Assembly (NCBI GenBank): GCA_023554435.1
Contig: JAMJQV010000054.1
Span: 1-32,945 of the forward strand
Origin: Gemmatimonadota bacterium
GTDB taxonomy: Bacteria > Gemmatimonadota > Gemmatimonadetes > Palauibacterales > Palauibacteraceae
DNA: 32,945 nt
Reading direction: 5' to 3'
Position 1 is the stretch's first letter. Every line of letters starts with the position of its first letter. The notes below the pieces were generated by a model. It saw nothing but the letters and a program-made list of their open reading frames with translations. It was not told the origin of the DNA and made no database searches. Positions 7,905 through 17,512 of this stretch are shown one piece after another. The position numbers and the translations under genes were made by a program.

Positions 7905-10900
7905 CTAGAAGTTCCAGTCCCGGAAGAGCATCAGTCCATACGTCCGGCGGCTGTACGAACTGAACGAGTAGCCGTACGACGCGTATCTCTTGAACCGGTC
8001 CTCCGTCACGAACTCGAGCCGCCAGTGGGTCGAGAACGCCCACTCGAGACCGAACCCGGGCAGCTGCCCGCCCAGCGGCTGGGTCGCGCTCACGAACAGG
8101 TCCGGTGTAAGGTAGCGACCGATCTCCAGTTCCGTGCCGTACAGCAGGTTCGTCGTGTTGCCGGATTCGATCGGACCCGCCTGCCCGGTGGACCGGATGT
8201 CGAAGTAGTCCACCAGCCCCACGCCGCTCACCAGCACCTGCGAGAACTGATTGCTCACCGTGCCGAGGAGACTCTCGCGAACCAGCGACGCCGCGAACTC
8301 TCCTCCTTCCGTGCCGGCACCGAGGCAGGCGGTCGAGAACAACAGGAAGCAGACCTCGTCCGCCCCCGGCAGGGGTGGATCGCTCGACGTCTGCAGAGTG
8401 GGCGCCGTGGCCGTTCCGCCGATATCCACGGTAATCGTCACCGGGCCGAGGTCGGAGCGAGTCTGATACTCGGCCTGGATGTCCAGGTTGGGGTCCATGC
8501 CGGGTGCCCCGGTGAACGTGATGGAGCCCCCGGCAATCTGGAGCTGACGGGAATACAGGCTCGACAGATCCGTCCCCGACCCGGACACGTAGCGGTACTT
8601 CCCTCGCGCCAGGTTCAGGGTGCCGAATGCGACCAGGTCGCCGAGAGCCCGGTCCATCTGAACGTCCAGGGTCCCCGCGAGTTCCACCTCCAGTGCCTCG
8701 GATCGCATCCAGAAATTCGGGCCGATGCCGATCTCGGCATCCATGCGCAGATTCTGCATGAACGGATTCTGGGCCCTCTCGAACAGGCGCTGCTCCAGCA
8801 CTAGAGTCGTGTCGATCAAGGCCGAGACCATCGGATCCGTCAGGTCCACGGCCTGTCGCATGCGCATGAAGCGCTCCGCACGGACCTGGCCCTCGGATAT
8901 CCTGAATGTCCCGGTCAGTTCGGGCGAGCGGAATGAGCCGCCGAGGTGACCCCGTCCGTCGAGCAGGAACTCGGCCATGCGTCGGTCCATCGCCTTGAAC
9001 CGGTCCATCACGATCGTGAGATCGAACCCGAGGTCCGTGGGCTCCTGTGTATCGATCGCCCCGAGCAGCGTGGCGCTGCCGCCGGCCGACGACCTGAGCC
9101 GACCCGCCTCCACCACGGCCCGGGTTCCATCGAACGAGAGCGAGGCGGTGACATCCTCCAGCCGGATGCCGAGGTACGGCACCGCGGCTCCGGCCTCGCT
9201 CAGAGTGGCGGCGCCGTCGAGGCGCAGGGCATCCGGCTCGCCAGAGAACTCGATCCGGCCGGCCGCGAAGCCCTCCACCTCGCGGAGGCTCGTGAACACC
9301 AGTTCCAGCGGCTCCATGGGCAGGCTGTCGGCCTCTACCACCAGGCGGAGCGGGTTCGGTGAGAGCCGGTGCTCCCGCTCCCTCAAGGCGAGATCCGTGA
9401 GGATCGACCCGTCGAGCCGGCCGAGGAGCGTACCGTTTTCGTGCAGACTGATGCCAAGGGTCATTCGGCCGTCGGCGTAGTCCGAATCACCCTCGAGACG
9501 CTGGTACTCGAACCCGTGGAAGGCGGGGTCGGAAACGTCAAATGCCACGTCCCAGACGGGAGCATTCGCCGTACCCCTGAGGTGTCCTTCCGCGTTCAGC
9601 ACCCCCCGGTACTCGAGCTCTTCGTCTGGAATTCGCGACAGGCGGGCGAGGTCGAACCCGCGAATCTCGACATCGAGGTCCGCGACGCCACTGTCCGGAA
9701 CCGTTCCTTGGACCCGCAGGCCAGCTCCGTCCTCGCCCTTGAGGTACAGGCCGTCGGAAGATATGCCCGCGTCCCCCCACACGATCACCGCAGGGCCATC
9801 CAGCGTCATGCGGTCGGGCCCGAGTCCGGCAGACAGCCTCTCCAGCTCGAATCGCTTCTCGGCTTCCGCCCACAGGATCCGGGCATGGGCATCGAGCTCG
9901 AGGCTGGAACCCCGTCGCGCGTACATGTCCACCTCGCTCCGGGTAGAGTCCTCGCGGACCCACAGGACGTCGACGCTGTCGAGAGTGGTGCCGCTTCCCG
10001 TCAGCTGCCACACGGTGGCGCTGGCGGCCAGCTGGTCCAGCACGCGCGGGTCCTCGACATCGACCGTCAGGACCACCGAGTCCGCCCGTATCTGGCCATA
10101 GCTCACCTCCCGGCCGTGCAGGCGGCCGCCGAACTCGAAGTCCTGGAGGTTTCCGGACAGGATGCCCAGCGCCTGCAGGGACCCGGCGATCGTGTCGGGC
10201 GGCTCGCCTGCCGCAGGCTCGACCGCCCCCTCCTCGACGGCTTCGTCCCCCCGAAACGCGGCGAACAGGCCCTCGAGGCTCGTATCCTGGCGAGCCGGAT
10301 TGCGGCCGGGAACGATCCACCGATTCCACGACGAGAGGTTCGGCGCATCGACATCCAGGATCAGGGACCCGCTGGTCTCCTCGGCCAGCCCGAACGTACC
10401 TCTACCCCTGACCCGGCCGGCGTCGGTCTGGATGGCGAACGTGTCCGCGACCGCCAGCCCATCGGAGACCGTGAAGCGGAGGAGGCTGGAATCGACCCGC
10501 GCCCCCTCGATGAGAGACTGCAGGATGGTCAGGTCGAACGTGGCCTCGAGCGTGGCCGGGTCGGTGCCTACTCCGAGTACCCTTCCCTCTACGGCCAGCC
10601 GCGTGGATGGCGCCTGCTCGACCCATTGCCGGAGCTGGATGTCCCGGGCGGTCAGTCGCGCGTCGTAGCGCCGGTCTTCGGCCATGAGGTCGAAACGACC
10701 GTCGAAGTTCACGAGTCCACGCGGAGTGCGCAGGTCGGCGATCACTCGCAGGTCAGAGAACAGGCCTCGCGCCGACAACGGACCCCGCACGTCTCCCACC
10801 AGTTCCACATCGGGCGGTGCGTAGGGCTGCAGGGCAGCCAGCGACAGCGGATCTGCCAGGATCTCGACCGTGACGCCCGGCTCGTCCTCCAGGACTACGC

Positions 10901-12518
10901 TACCTGCCCCGGACATCTGCGATGACGGTCCAGAGGGTAGCTGGTGCGCCAGGTTCGTGTCGAAATCGAACCACTGGCCCACCGTCCCCGTCAGGGTGGT
11001 ACGGCCGTCAATCCGGCCCTGCAGCAGGTGCGTGATGCCGACGACCGCCGTCCAGCGGGGCTCGAACGACAGGAAGGTGAGTTCGAGATCCTGCATGTCC
11101 CGGGGCTCGACGATGCCGAGCCCACCGGCGGCCGTCACAAACGACGGACTCACGACCCTGTCGAGGTCCGTGAGCGTCAGGTCCGCTCGGATCTGCATCA
11201 GGTCCAGGGGCCCCGTCCCGGTCACCGCCCCGGTGATGTACCCCTCGATCAGGGAGTCGCGTGCCAGGATCTCGTCCACGAGGCCCAGGCGAAGCGGCTG
11301 CAGAAGAAGGTCGAGGCTCTCGAAACGAGGCATGGTCTCGAGGGCCAGCACGAACGATCCGCGAACCCTCGAGTCACCCGACCGGGCGTCGGCGCCCGAG
11401 ACGTCGACCACGATCACCTCGCCCCTCGTCCACAGGTCGATCCGGGCCGGGCCACTGGCCTGCCTCGGCATCGGCACCGGCAGCCACCGGAGGTCGGCCA
11501 GTTCGATCGGGGCGGCGTCGAGCCCGAACCGGAACTGGTCCGGGTCGCCCGGTACGATCCAGCCGGAGCCCGCCAGTGTGCTTCCCTCGGTCTCCAGCGT
11601 CTCGATCTCGACCGCGATCGTGTCCCGGAACGTCGCGGTCCCGTCGAACCGACGGACGTCCAGGGTCTGGGTAACGACCGACGCGAAGGTCGCCATTCCC
11701 TTGGTCTCGATGCGGAAGGGCCGGACCGGATCGACGATGCGCAGAAGCGGGAATCCGGCGGACAGCGAGTCGAGACGGATCTCCCGGACCCAGCGACCGG
11801 GACCGGTGCGGACGACACGCCACAGCTTGTCGCCGCGCAACCCCTGCGCGACCAGTGAGTCCCGCTCCGCGCCGCGCTCATCCGCAGCCCACGGAGTGGT
11901 GACCAGCAGGCTGCCACGCCGGATGTTGAGATCCGTCAGCAGCACCTTCGTCCGGCCGGGCTTGCGGGTCGAGTCGGAGACCGCCGCGGAATCCGGCAGT
12001 AGCTCGATCTCGGAGGGATCGTCTCCGAACAGGCGATCGAAGTTCCAGTTGCGGTCTTCGGCCTGGAGCAGCGATATGCGCGCGTGCTCCACGGTGACGT
12101 TGCTGAATCGGTAGGTCCCGATCAGGAAGCCGAGCGGGTTGTAGCTCACCCGCACGCTGTCCAGCTGAACGAACGGCGTTCCGTCGGACTCGAGCATCTC
12201 GAAGTGGGCCAGGTGGATCCTGGTGAGCATGTTCCCGCCCAGGATCGGCCCGACGCGCACCTCGCCGTTGACCACGTCTGCCAACAGATGTTCGATCTGG
12301 TCCGCCACCACGGAACGGCCCACGACCGTCTGGCTGAGCAGAAGAACGGCTCCGGCTGCCGTGAGACTGGCAAGACCAATGAGGACGGCCAGCGAGCGCC
12401 CGATCACCTTGGTGAGGTGCCACCAGCGCCGGGGCATGCCGAAGGGAGTTCCGAACTCGCGCTCCCGCGCCCGTCGCTCCCGGCTTCTCATCGCCCCGGC
12501 CACGTCAGAACGCCTCAC
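7905..12518 (-). CDS. tamB: Translocation and assembly module protein TamB (AsmA-like, DUF490 C-terminus).
   Basis: 1537 aa. It has an N-terminal signal-anchor (LAVLIGLASLTAAGAVLLL), a long beta-rich body, and a C-terminal region (LYGTELEIGRYLTPDLFVSATQP...GLEWAFSTHWRLEF) like the TamB/DUF490 end. It sits directly downstream of an Omp85 gene. An alternative ATG at 12491 would remove the 14-nt overlap. Confidence 0.8.
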   Translation of the reverse strand: MRRSDVAGAMRSRERRAREREFGTPFGMPRRWWHLTKVIGRSLAVLIGLASLTAAGAVLLLSQTVVGRSVVADQIEHLLADVVNGEVRVGPILGGNMLTRIHLAHFEMLESDGTPFVQLDSVRVSYNPLGFLIGTYRFSNVTVEHARISLLQAEDRNWNFDRLFGDDPSEIELLPDSAAVSDSTRKPGRTKVLLTDLNIRRGSLLVTTPWAADERGAERDSLVAQGLRGDKLWRVVRTGPGRWVREIRLDSLSAGFPLLRIVDPVRPFRIETKGMATFASVVTQTLDVRRFDGTATFRDTIAVEIETLETEGSTLAGSGWIVPGDPDQFRFGLDAAPIELADLRWLPVPMPRQASGPARIDLWTRGEVIVVDVSGADARSGDSRVRGSFVLALETMPRFESLDLLLQPLRLGLVDEILARDSLIEGYITGAVTGTGPLDLMQIRADLTLTDLDRVVSPSFVTAAGGLGIVEPRDMQDLELTFLSFEPRWTAVVGITHLLQGRIDGRTTLTGTVGQWFDFDTNLAHQLPSGPSSQMSGAGSVVLEDEPGVTVEILADPLSLAALQPYAPPDVELVGDVRGPLSARGLFSDLRVIADLRTPRGLVNFDGRFDLMAEDRRYDARLTARDIQLRQWVEQAPSTRLAVEGRVLGVGTDPATLEATFDLTILQSLIEGARVDSSLLRFTVSDGLAVADTFAIQTDAGRVRGRGTFGLAEETSGSLILDVDAPNLSSWNRWIVPGRNPARQDTSLEGLFAAFRGDEAVEEGAVEPAAGEPPDTIAGSLQALGILSGNLQDFEFGGRLHGREVSYGQIRADSVVLTVDVEDPRVLDQLAASATVWQLTGSGTTLDSVDVLWVREDSTRSEVDMYARRGSSLELDAHARILWAEAEKRFELERLSAGLGPDRMTLDGPAVIVWGDAGISSDGLYLKGEDGAGLRVQGTVPDSGVADLDVEIRGFDLARLSRIPDEELEYRGVLNAEGHLRGTANAPVWDVAFDVSDPAFHGFEYQRLEGDSDYADGRMTLGISLHENGTLLGRLDGSILTDLALREREHRLSPNPLRLVVEADSLPMEPLELVFTSLREVEGFAAGRIEFSGEPDALRLDGAATLSEAGAAVPYLGIRLEDVTASLSFDGTRAVVEAGRLRSSAGGSATLLGAIDTQEPTDLGFDLTIVMDRFKAMDRRMAEFLLDGRGHLGGSFRSPELTGTFRISEGQVRAERFMRMRQAVDLTDPMVSALIDTTLVLEQRLFERAQNPFMQNLRMDAEIGIGPNFWMRSEALEVELAGTLDVQMDRALGDLVAFGTLNLARGKYRYVSGSGTDLSSLYSRQLQIAGGSITFTGAPGMDPNLDIQAEYQTRSDLGPVTITVDIGGTATAPTLQTSSDPPLPGADEVCFLLFSTACLGAGTEGGEFAASLVRESLLGTVSNQFSQVLVSGVGLVDYFDIRSTGQAGPIESGNTTNLLYGTELEIGRYLTPDLFVSATQPLGGQLPGFGLEWAFSTHWRLEFVTEDRFKRYASYGYSFSSYSRRTYGLMLFRDWNF

Positions 12519-14661
12519 CGATCGAGAACTGGATCCGCATCCGGCGCCAGATCTCGGTGAGTGTCGACGGGTCGTCCCAGGTGAACGGATCGTACACCAC
12601 GGGGTCCTCGACCTCTTCGATCGAGCCGTCTTCCAGGACTACCACCACCGGTTTGAGGCTCGAGCCCGTGGCGTTGTACCCGATATCGAGGCGTAGCGGA
12701 CCGACCGGGCTGCGGAAGCGGACCCCCGCACCCGGGGTGGCGACGATCGCATCGCGGTCGTCCACCGTTTCCCAAACCTGGCCGATGTCCACGAAGCCGG
12801 CCAGCGTCCACCGGTCGCCAACGCGGAACCGCGCCTCGACACTCCCCTCGAATACTGCGTTCCCGCCCAACGGACGCTCGTTGAACGCGGTAGGCGGAAC
12901 GCTCTGCGCGCACTCCGAATAGTCGACGTACGCGCCGCAGTCCGCCTCCTCCAGCACCAGCACCGTCGGCCCCAGGAGGTTGAGACCGAAACCGCGGACG
13001 CTCTGCGGCCCACCTGCGAAGAAGCGCTTCTGCGGATGCACGATCGCGTCCGACGTGACGTCCCCTTCGAATATATTGCCGGAGTATGGCAGGATCGCAC
13101 CGGTCCTCAGGTGAGCCCCGATGACTATCTTCTGCGCTGCCTGTCGGAAGACGGCGCCGTCAATCGTGCCCCGGGTGTACTGGTAGTCGGACAGCGTCAG
13201 GTCGCCGGCATTTTCGAACTCGACCGCCACGTACCATCCCCGCGTGGCGGCGAACGGGTTGTCGGTTCGATCGTAGGACCAGAGGGCGGTGATCGGAGAG
13301 AGCCAGTTCGCTTCGGACAGGACCTCGATGTCTTCCGGATCGCACACGCCGAAGTTGACGCAGAAGTAGATGTCGGCCGACTCCTCGGCAAACGACGTGA
13401 GCGCCGGCTGATAGCCCAGGGTCAACTGCATGTTGCGCTGCAGGCGCCGGCTGAAGGACAGCTGCCCGCCGACGGCGTTTCGCACGTAGAGGTCAGGCAC
13501 GGTCTCCCGCTCGGCGAAGACGCTTCCGCGCAAGCTGTTGCGCCCATCCGAGAACACCGGCTGTTCGAAGCCCACGTCGAGCAGGTAGTTGAGCTCCTGG
13601 TAGACCTCGTTTTCGCTCACGTCGGTGCACGGAAACTGACCCTGCAGCTCGCTGGCGAGCAGGTTGGACACGCGTCCGGTGATCCTGAGGATGCGAGCAC
13701 CGCCGAGAAAGTTCCTGTAAATCAGGCTGGCCTGGCCCTGCACGCACTCGTCTGTCTGCAGCCCCGCGCCCGCCTCGATGGATCGCTTCGGGGCAGGCGC
13801 CACATCGACACGCAGGTCGATCAGAGTGTCCGTGTCCGGCCGGCGCACCGAAGAGATGTTGGCCCAGCGAAGCGCCTGCAGGCTATAGAGGCTGCGCTGG
13901 CTCTCGAGAATTCGATCCCCGCTGAACCAGTCTCCGGACTCGAAGCGGAGCAACTCCCGGATCACCCCGTCCCCGACGTCGCCCGAGCCCGCGATGATGA
14001 CCTCACCCACTCGCACACGCGGCCCGGGCTCGACCCGCAGGGTCACATCCGCCTGGAGTGACTCACTCGGGATGAAGTACTCGCGCAACACCTGGGCCTG
14101 GACGTAACCGTCTTTGCGCAGCCGCTCGGCGAGCCTCCGCTCGCCCTCACCCAGGGCCACCAGGTCGAGTGGATCTCCCACGCTGAGCGGAAGGTCCTCG
14201 GCCACCGCCGCGGAGTCCAGGAATTCCTCTCCACCCATGACCTCCAGGGTCCGAATCCGGGTCGGCTCCCCTTCGACCACGTTGAACTGGATACTGACCC
14301 GGTCCCCGTCTCTCGATACCGTCGTATCCACCGTCGCCGCCCGGAATCCACGCTGGCGGTAGTAGAGCCGCAGCCGGAGCACGTCCAGTGGCAGCTCCCC
14401 CTCGTCCAGGTATTCCCGGATGTGCGCCATGCCCCAGTCCGTCAGCGGACACAGCGGAAGCGGGAACACGAACAGGAAGGTCCGGCAACGCGTCGCGCTC
14501 GTCAGGATGGCGCCGCCGAGGTCGCCATCCGGGAACGCCTCGTTCCCTTCGAACGTGATCTTGACTACTTCCGGATCGGCGAACGTCTGGCTGGCGGCGT
14601 CACTCGGTCCCATCGCCACGAGAGCGACACCCATCGCGATCGCGCGCCAGGCGGTCCTCAC
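12505..14661 (-). CDS. tamA: Omp85-family outer membrane protein, TamA-like (about three POTRA repeats plus a beta-barrel).
   Basis: Trimmed to the GTG at 14661, which gives a signal-peptide-like start (VRTAWRAIAMGVALVAMGPSDAASQ). POTRA-like repeats are present (VKITFEGN..., IRTLEVMGGE..., VGEVIIAGSG...). The C-terminal barrel ends in a terminal F (QFSIGEAF). The GTGA overlaps the lgt stop. BamA versus TamA cannot be settled without profile searches. Confidence 0.78.
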   Translation of the reverse strand: MRTAWRAIAMGVALVAMGPSDAASQTFADPEVVKITFEGNEAFPDGDLGGAILTSATRCRTFLFVFPLPLCPLTDWGMAHIREYLDEGELPLDVLRLRLYYRQRGFRAATVDTTVSRDGDRVSIQFNVVEGEPTRIRTLEVMGGEEFLDSAAVAEDLPLSVGDPLDLVALGEGERRLAERLRKDGYVQAQVLREYFIPSESLQADVTLRVEPGPRVRVGEVIIAGSGDVGDGVIRELLRFESGDWFSGDRILESQRSLYSLQALRWANISSVRRPDTDTLIDLRVDVAPAPKRSIEAGAGLQTDECVQGQASLIYRNFLGGARILRITGRVSNLLASELQGQFPCTDVSENEVYQELNYLLDVGFEQPVFSDGRNSLRGSVFAERETVPDLYVRNAVGGQLSFSRRLQRNMQLTLGYQPALTSFAEESADIYFCVNFGVCDPEDIEVLSEANWLSPITALWSYDRTDNPFAATRGWYVAVEFENAGDLTLSDYQYTRGTIDGAVFRQAAQKIVIGAHLRTGAILPYSGNIFEGDVTSDAIVHPQKRFFAGGPQSVRGFGLNLLGPTVLVLEEADCGAYVDYSECAQSVPPTAFNERPLGGNAVFEGSVEARFRVGDRWTLAGFVDIGQVWETVDDRDAIVATPGAGVRFRSPVGPLRLDIGYNATGSSLKPVVVVLEDGSIEEVEDPVVYDPFTWDDPSTLTEIWRRMRIQFSIGEAF

Positions 14662-15497
14662 TTCCGCGGGGTCTCCTTCGTATCGGATCTCAGGCGACTC
14701 ATGAGCCACGCGCCCAGGCCTATCAGCCCGATGCTCAGGATCTGCGCCAGGGAAAGCGTCCCGAAGAAGCGGTCGTCCTTGGCCCGGAAAAACTCCACGA
14801 ACAACCGCTCGCATCCGGCGAGAACGAGCCACAGGGAGAACAGCCACCCGGCTCGCTTATCGCGAAACCGGAGCCGCCACAGGACGAAGAAGATCACCAG
14901 CGAGATGCCGGTCTCGAAGAGCTGCGTCGGATAGACGGACAGGACCTGGCTATCCGGAATCTCCGCGGGGATGTCCACCCCGAAACCGCGCCGAAGGTTG
15001 CCGGCCGTAGAGGGCGGCTGGCCATTCGGGAACGCGATCCCCACCCAGCTGTCGGTGGGCCGGCCGTAGTCATCTCCCACCAGGAAGCACCCTACACGGC
15101 CGAGGGCGTACGACAGGGCAAGTCCCGGGGCAGCGACATCAGCCATCGCGGCGATGTTCTGACCTCGGCGGCGGAGCATCCAGATCACTCCGAGCGCCCC
15201 CCCGATCAGCCCGCCGTACCATACCAGGCCCGATCGACTGGTGAGCATGCCGATCGGGTCCTGGACGGTCAGTGGCCAGTTCAGGAGGACGTAGTAGATC
15301 TTCGCCCCGAGGATGCCTCCCACCAGGGCTCCAAGCAGAATGTCGCCCGCGAGCTGCTCGTCCTTGCCCTGCCGTTTGAGTTCCACCCGGATCACCTGGT
15401 AGCCCGCCAGGAATGCGATCGCCATCATCACGCCGAACGAGGTGATCGTGAATTGGCCCAGGACCGGCAGGTTGAGCGTGATCAGTTCCGGATACAT
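14658..15497 (-). CDS. lgt: Prolipoprotein diacylglyceryl transferase.
   Basis: Trimmed to the ATG at 15497 (MYPELITLNLPVLGQFTITSFGVMMAIAFLAG). Also present are GRVGCFLVGDDYGRPT and the multi-TM layout typical of Lgt. Length is 279 aa. Confidence 0.92.
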   Translation of the reverse strand: MYPELITLNLPVLGQFTITSFGVMMAIAFLAGYQVIRVELKRQGKDEQLAGDILLGALVGGILGAKIYYVLLNWPLTVQDPIGMLTSRSGLVWYGGLIGGALGVIWMLRRRGQNIAAMADVAAPGLALSYALGRVGCFLVGDDYGRPTDSWVGIAFPNGQPPSTAGNLRRGFGVDIPAEIPDSQVLSVYPTQLFETGISLVIFFVLWRLRFRDKRAGWLFSLWLVLAGCERLFVEFFRAKDDRFFGTLSLAQILSIGLIGLGAWLMSRLRSDTKETPRK

Positions 15498-15516
15498 GTC
15501 TTGCTTTCGGTTCGCG

Positions 15517-16566
15517 TTACGATAGGCCCGGAAACGACAGGGCCGGATCGGCGTTGAGGTCCAGCCCATCACTCTGGCCCGCCGCCAGGCGGTACTCGGC
15601 GAGCCGGGCCACCATCGCCGCGTTGTCCGTCGACAGCCTCGGCGACGGGGCGAACATGCTGCCGGCCGGTTCGAGAGCGGCTGCCAGCTTCTCGCGAAGC
15701 GGACCGTTCCGAGCCACCCCTCCGCCCAGCAGGACGCGCCGGCACCCCGTGTGTTCGACCGCCCGCATGGTCTTCGTCACGAGGACGTCCACTGCGGCTG
15801 CCTGGAACTCGGCCGCGATGTGGGCGCGCGCCGCATCGAGGTCTCCGGTCCCGGCTTGCTCGATCTCCGCGATCAGCAGCGAAGTGGCCGTCTTGAGTCC
15901 GCTGAACGAGAAATCGAAGTAACCGGCGTCTCCCGGACTCTCACGAGTCGAGAGCATCGGGCGCGGCAGCCCGTACGTGCCTGCCAATCCCTGCCGAGCC
16001 AACTTCTCGATCTCGGGGCCGCCGGGAAAGCCCAGACCGAGGCGCCGCGCCACCTTGTCGAAAGCCTCGCCAACCGCGTCGTCCCTGGTACTGCCCAGCA
16101 ACTCGTACGTCCCCCACTCCGGCGCGTACAGGAGAAGCGTATGACCGCCCGAGACGAGGAGGGCGACGAACGGTGGGGTGGCATCGGGAGACTCGAGCGA
16201 GTTCGCGTACAGGTGTGCCTCCATGTGGTGCACCCCCACCACCGGGAGCCCGAGCGCGTAGCCAAACCCCTTGGCCCAGTTCAGTCCGACGAGGAGAGCA
16301 CCCACCAGTCCGGGGCCCGCGGTAACCCCTACGCCGGCCAGGTCCCCGGGTTTGATTCCCGCTTCATCCAGCGTCTGCGCCACGACTCCGTCGATGTGGA
16401 CCAGGTGCTGGCGCGCGGCAATCTCCGGGACGACACCACCGAAAACCGCATGCGCGTCCTGGGAGAGAATGACGTGGCCGGTGACCCGACCCTCAGAGAC
16501 CACGGCAGCGGACGTCTCGTCACACGACGACTCGATCCCGAGGACGGGTCCGCCCCGGAAGCTCAT
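15517..16566 (-). CDS. tsaD: tRNA N6-adenosine threonylcarbamoyltransferase (Kae1/Gcp family).
   Basis: 349 aa. Motifs: VLGIESSCDETSAAVV, GVVPEIAARQH, GVHHMEAH (metal site), LLVSGGHT, GGGVARN. Confidence 0.95.
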   Translation of the reverse strand: MSFRGGPVLGIESSCDETSAAVVSEGRVTGHVILSQDAHAVFGGVVPEIAARQHLVHIDGVVAQTLDEAGIKPGDLAGVGVTAGPGLVGALLVGLNWAKGFGYALGLPVVGVHHMEAHLYANSLESPDATPPFVALLVSGGHTLLLYAPEWGTYELLGSTRDDAVGEAFDKVARRLGLGFPGGPEIEKLARQGLAGTYGLPRPMLSTRESPGDAGYFDFSFSGLKTATSLLIAEIEQAGTGDLDAARAHIAAEFQAAAVDVLVTKTMRAVEHTGCRRVLLGGGVARNGPLREKLAAALEPAGSMFAPSPRLSTDNAAMVARLAEYRLAAGQSDGLDLNADPALSFPGLS

Positions 16567-16569
16567 GCC

Positions 16570-17481
16570 TCACGAACCTTCCGGTCTGACCGTTACCTCT
16601 TCTGGTCGCGACGAAGCCGACACGAACCCACCCGTGCTCAACTCCACCACCACGGGCGCCAGTTGGGGGCCCGCCGGTACGGCGTCCACCTGCACCGTGA
16701 CCCAGGATACCGAGTCGAGTTGCCGTTTTACGGCGGCGGCCGCGCCTCGCACCACGACATCCACCGAATCGGGCTGAATTCGCACCCGGTCTGCCGCAGG
16801 ACCGGTGGCTCGAACCGGCAGCCGGACCTGGCGCACGACGAGAGAATCCACCGGAACGGTAACCAGCACGCTGGGCGGGTAGATCTGGATACCGCGTGTC
16901 CCCGCCGGAACTTCCAGGGGGACGTCCCGCATGACCGCGTGCTGCAGCTCCTCGAGCGAGACCCTGCGCGTGGACACCTGGAGGATGGTCTCGACCTGGG
17001 ACGCGCCCCCGCTGACCGTCACACTGTCCGGCTCGACGAGCAGAGGCCTCATCACGGTGAAGCCCATGGCGGGAACCGTGACGAGGTCCGCGATCACGGG
17101 GACCCGGCGCTCCGCCAGCTGCTCGAACTGCAGCTCGATGGAGGTCGGTACGACCAGCGTGGCGCGCACACCCTGGTCCCGATCGTAGACGACCTGATCC
17201 GGACCCAGGGTCACTCGCATGACGGGACCGGTTACCTCACGGATGCCGATTCGGACCTCCGGGTCGTTGCCGATCAGGGCCAGCAGATCACGATTGCGGC
17301 CCTGAAAGGTGGTGGCGACCTCACGGGGCGCATCCAGCAGGACCCAGGCGGAATCCTGGACGTCGATGACGAGACGGGTCAGCACTTCCTGCGACTGTCG
17401 CTCCCCGGCCGTGAGGTCGAGCCACAACAGGAAGACGATGAAGAACGCACCGAGCTTGTACGGCCAGTGGTTCCGCAACAT
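16570..17481 (-). CDS. YbbR-repeat domain protein (CdaR-like architecture): single N-terminal TM and extracytoplasmic repeats.
   Basis: Trimmed to the ATG at 17481 (MLRNHWPYKLGAFFIVFLLWLDLT, a typical YbbR-family start). Repeated beta-rich modules of about 85 aa follow, of the form V.V.P..V.V.G (VEPDSVTVSGG, IQPDSVDVVVRG, PEEVTVRP). Confidence 0.6.
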   Translation of the reverse strand: MLRNHWPYKLGAFFIVFLLWLDLTAGERQSQEVLTRLVIDVQDSAWVLLDAPREVATTFQGRNRDLLALIGNDPEVRIGIREVTGPVMRVTLGPDQVVYDRDQGVRATLVVPTSIELQFEQLAERRVPVIADLVTVPAMGFTVMRPLLVEPDSVTVSGGASQVETILQVSTRRVSLEELQHAVMRDVPLEVPAGTRGIQIYPPSVLVTVPVDSLVVRQVRLPVRATGPAADRVRIQPDSVDVVVRGAAAAVKRQLDSVSWVTVQVDAVPAGPQLAPVVVELSTGGFVSASSRPEEVTVRPEGS

Positions 17482-17512
17482 CGCTTGCCAGTTCACCGTT
17501 CGACCGGCCCCA

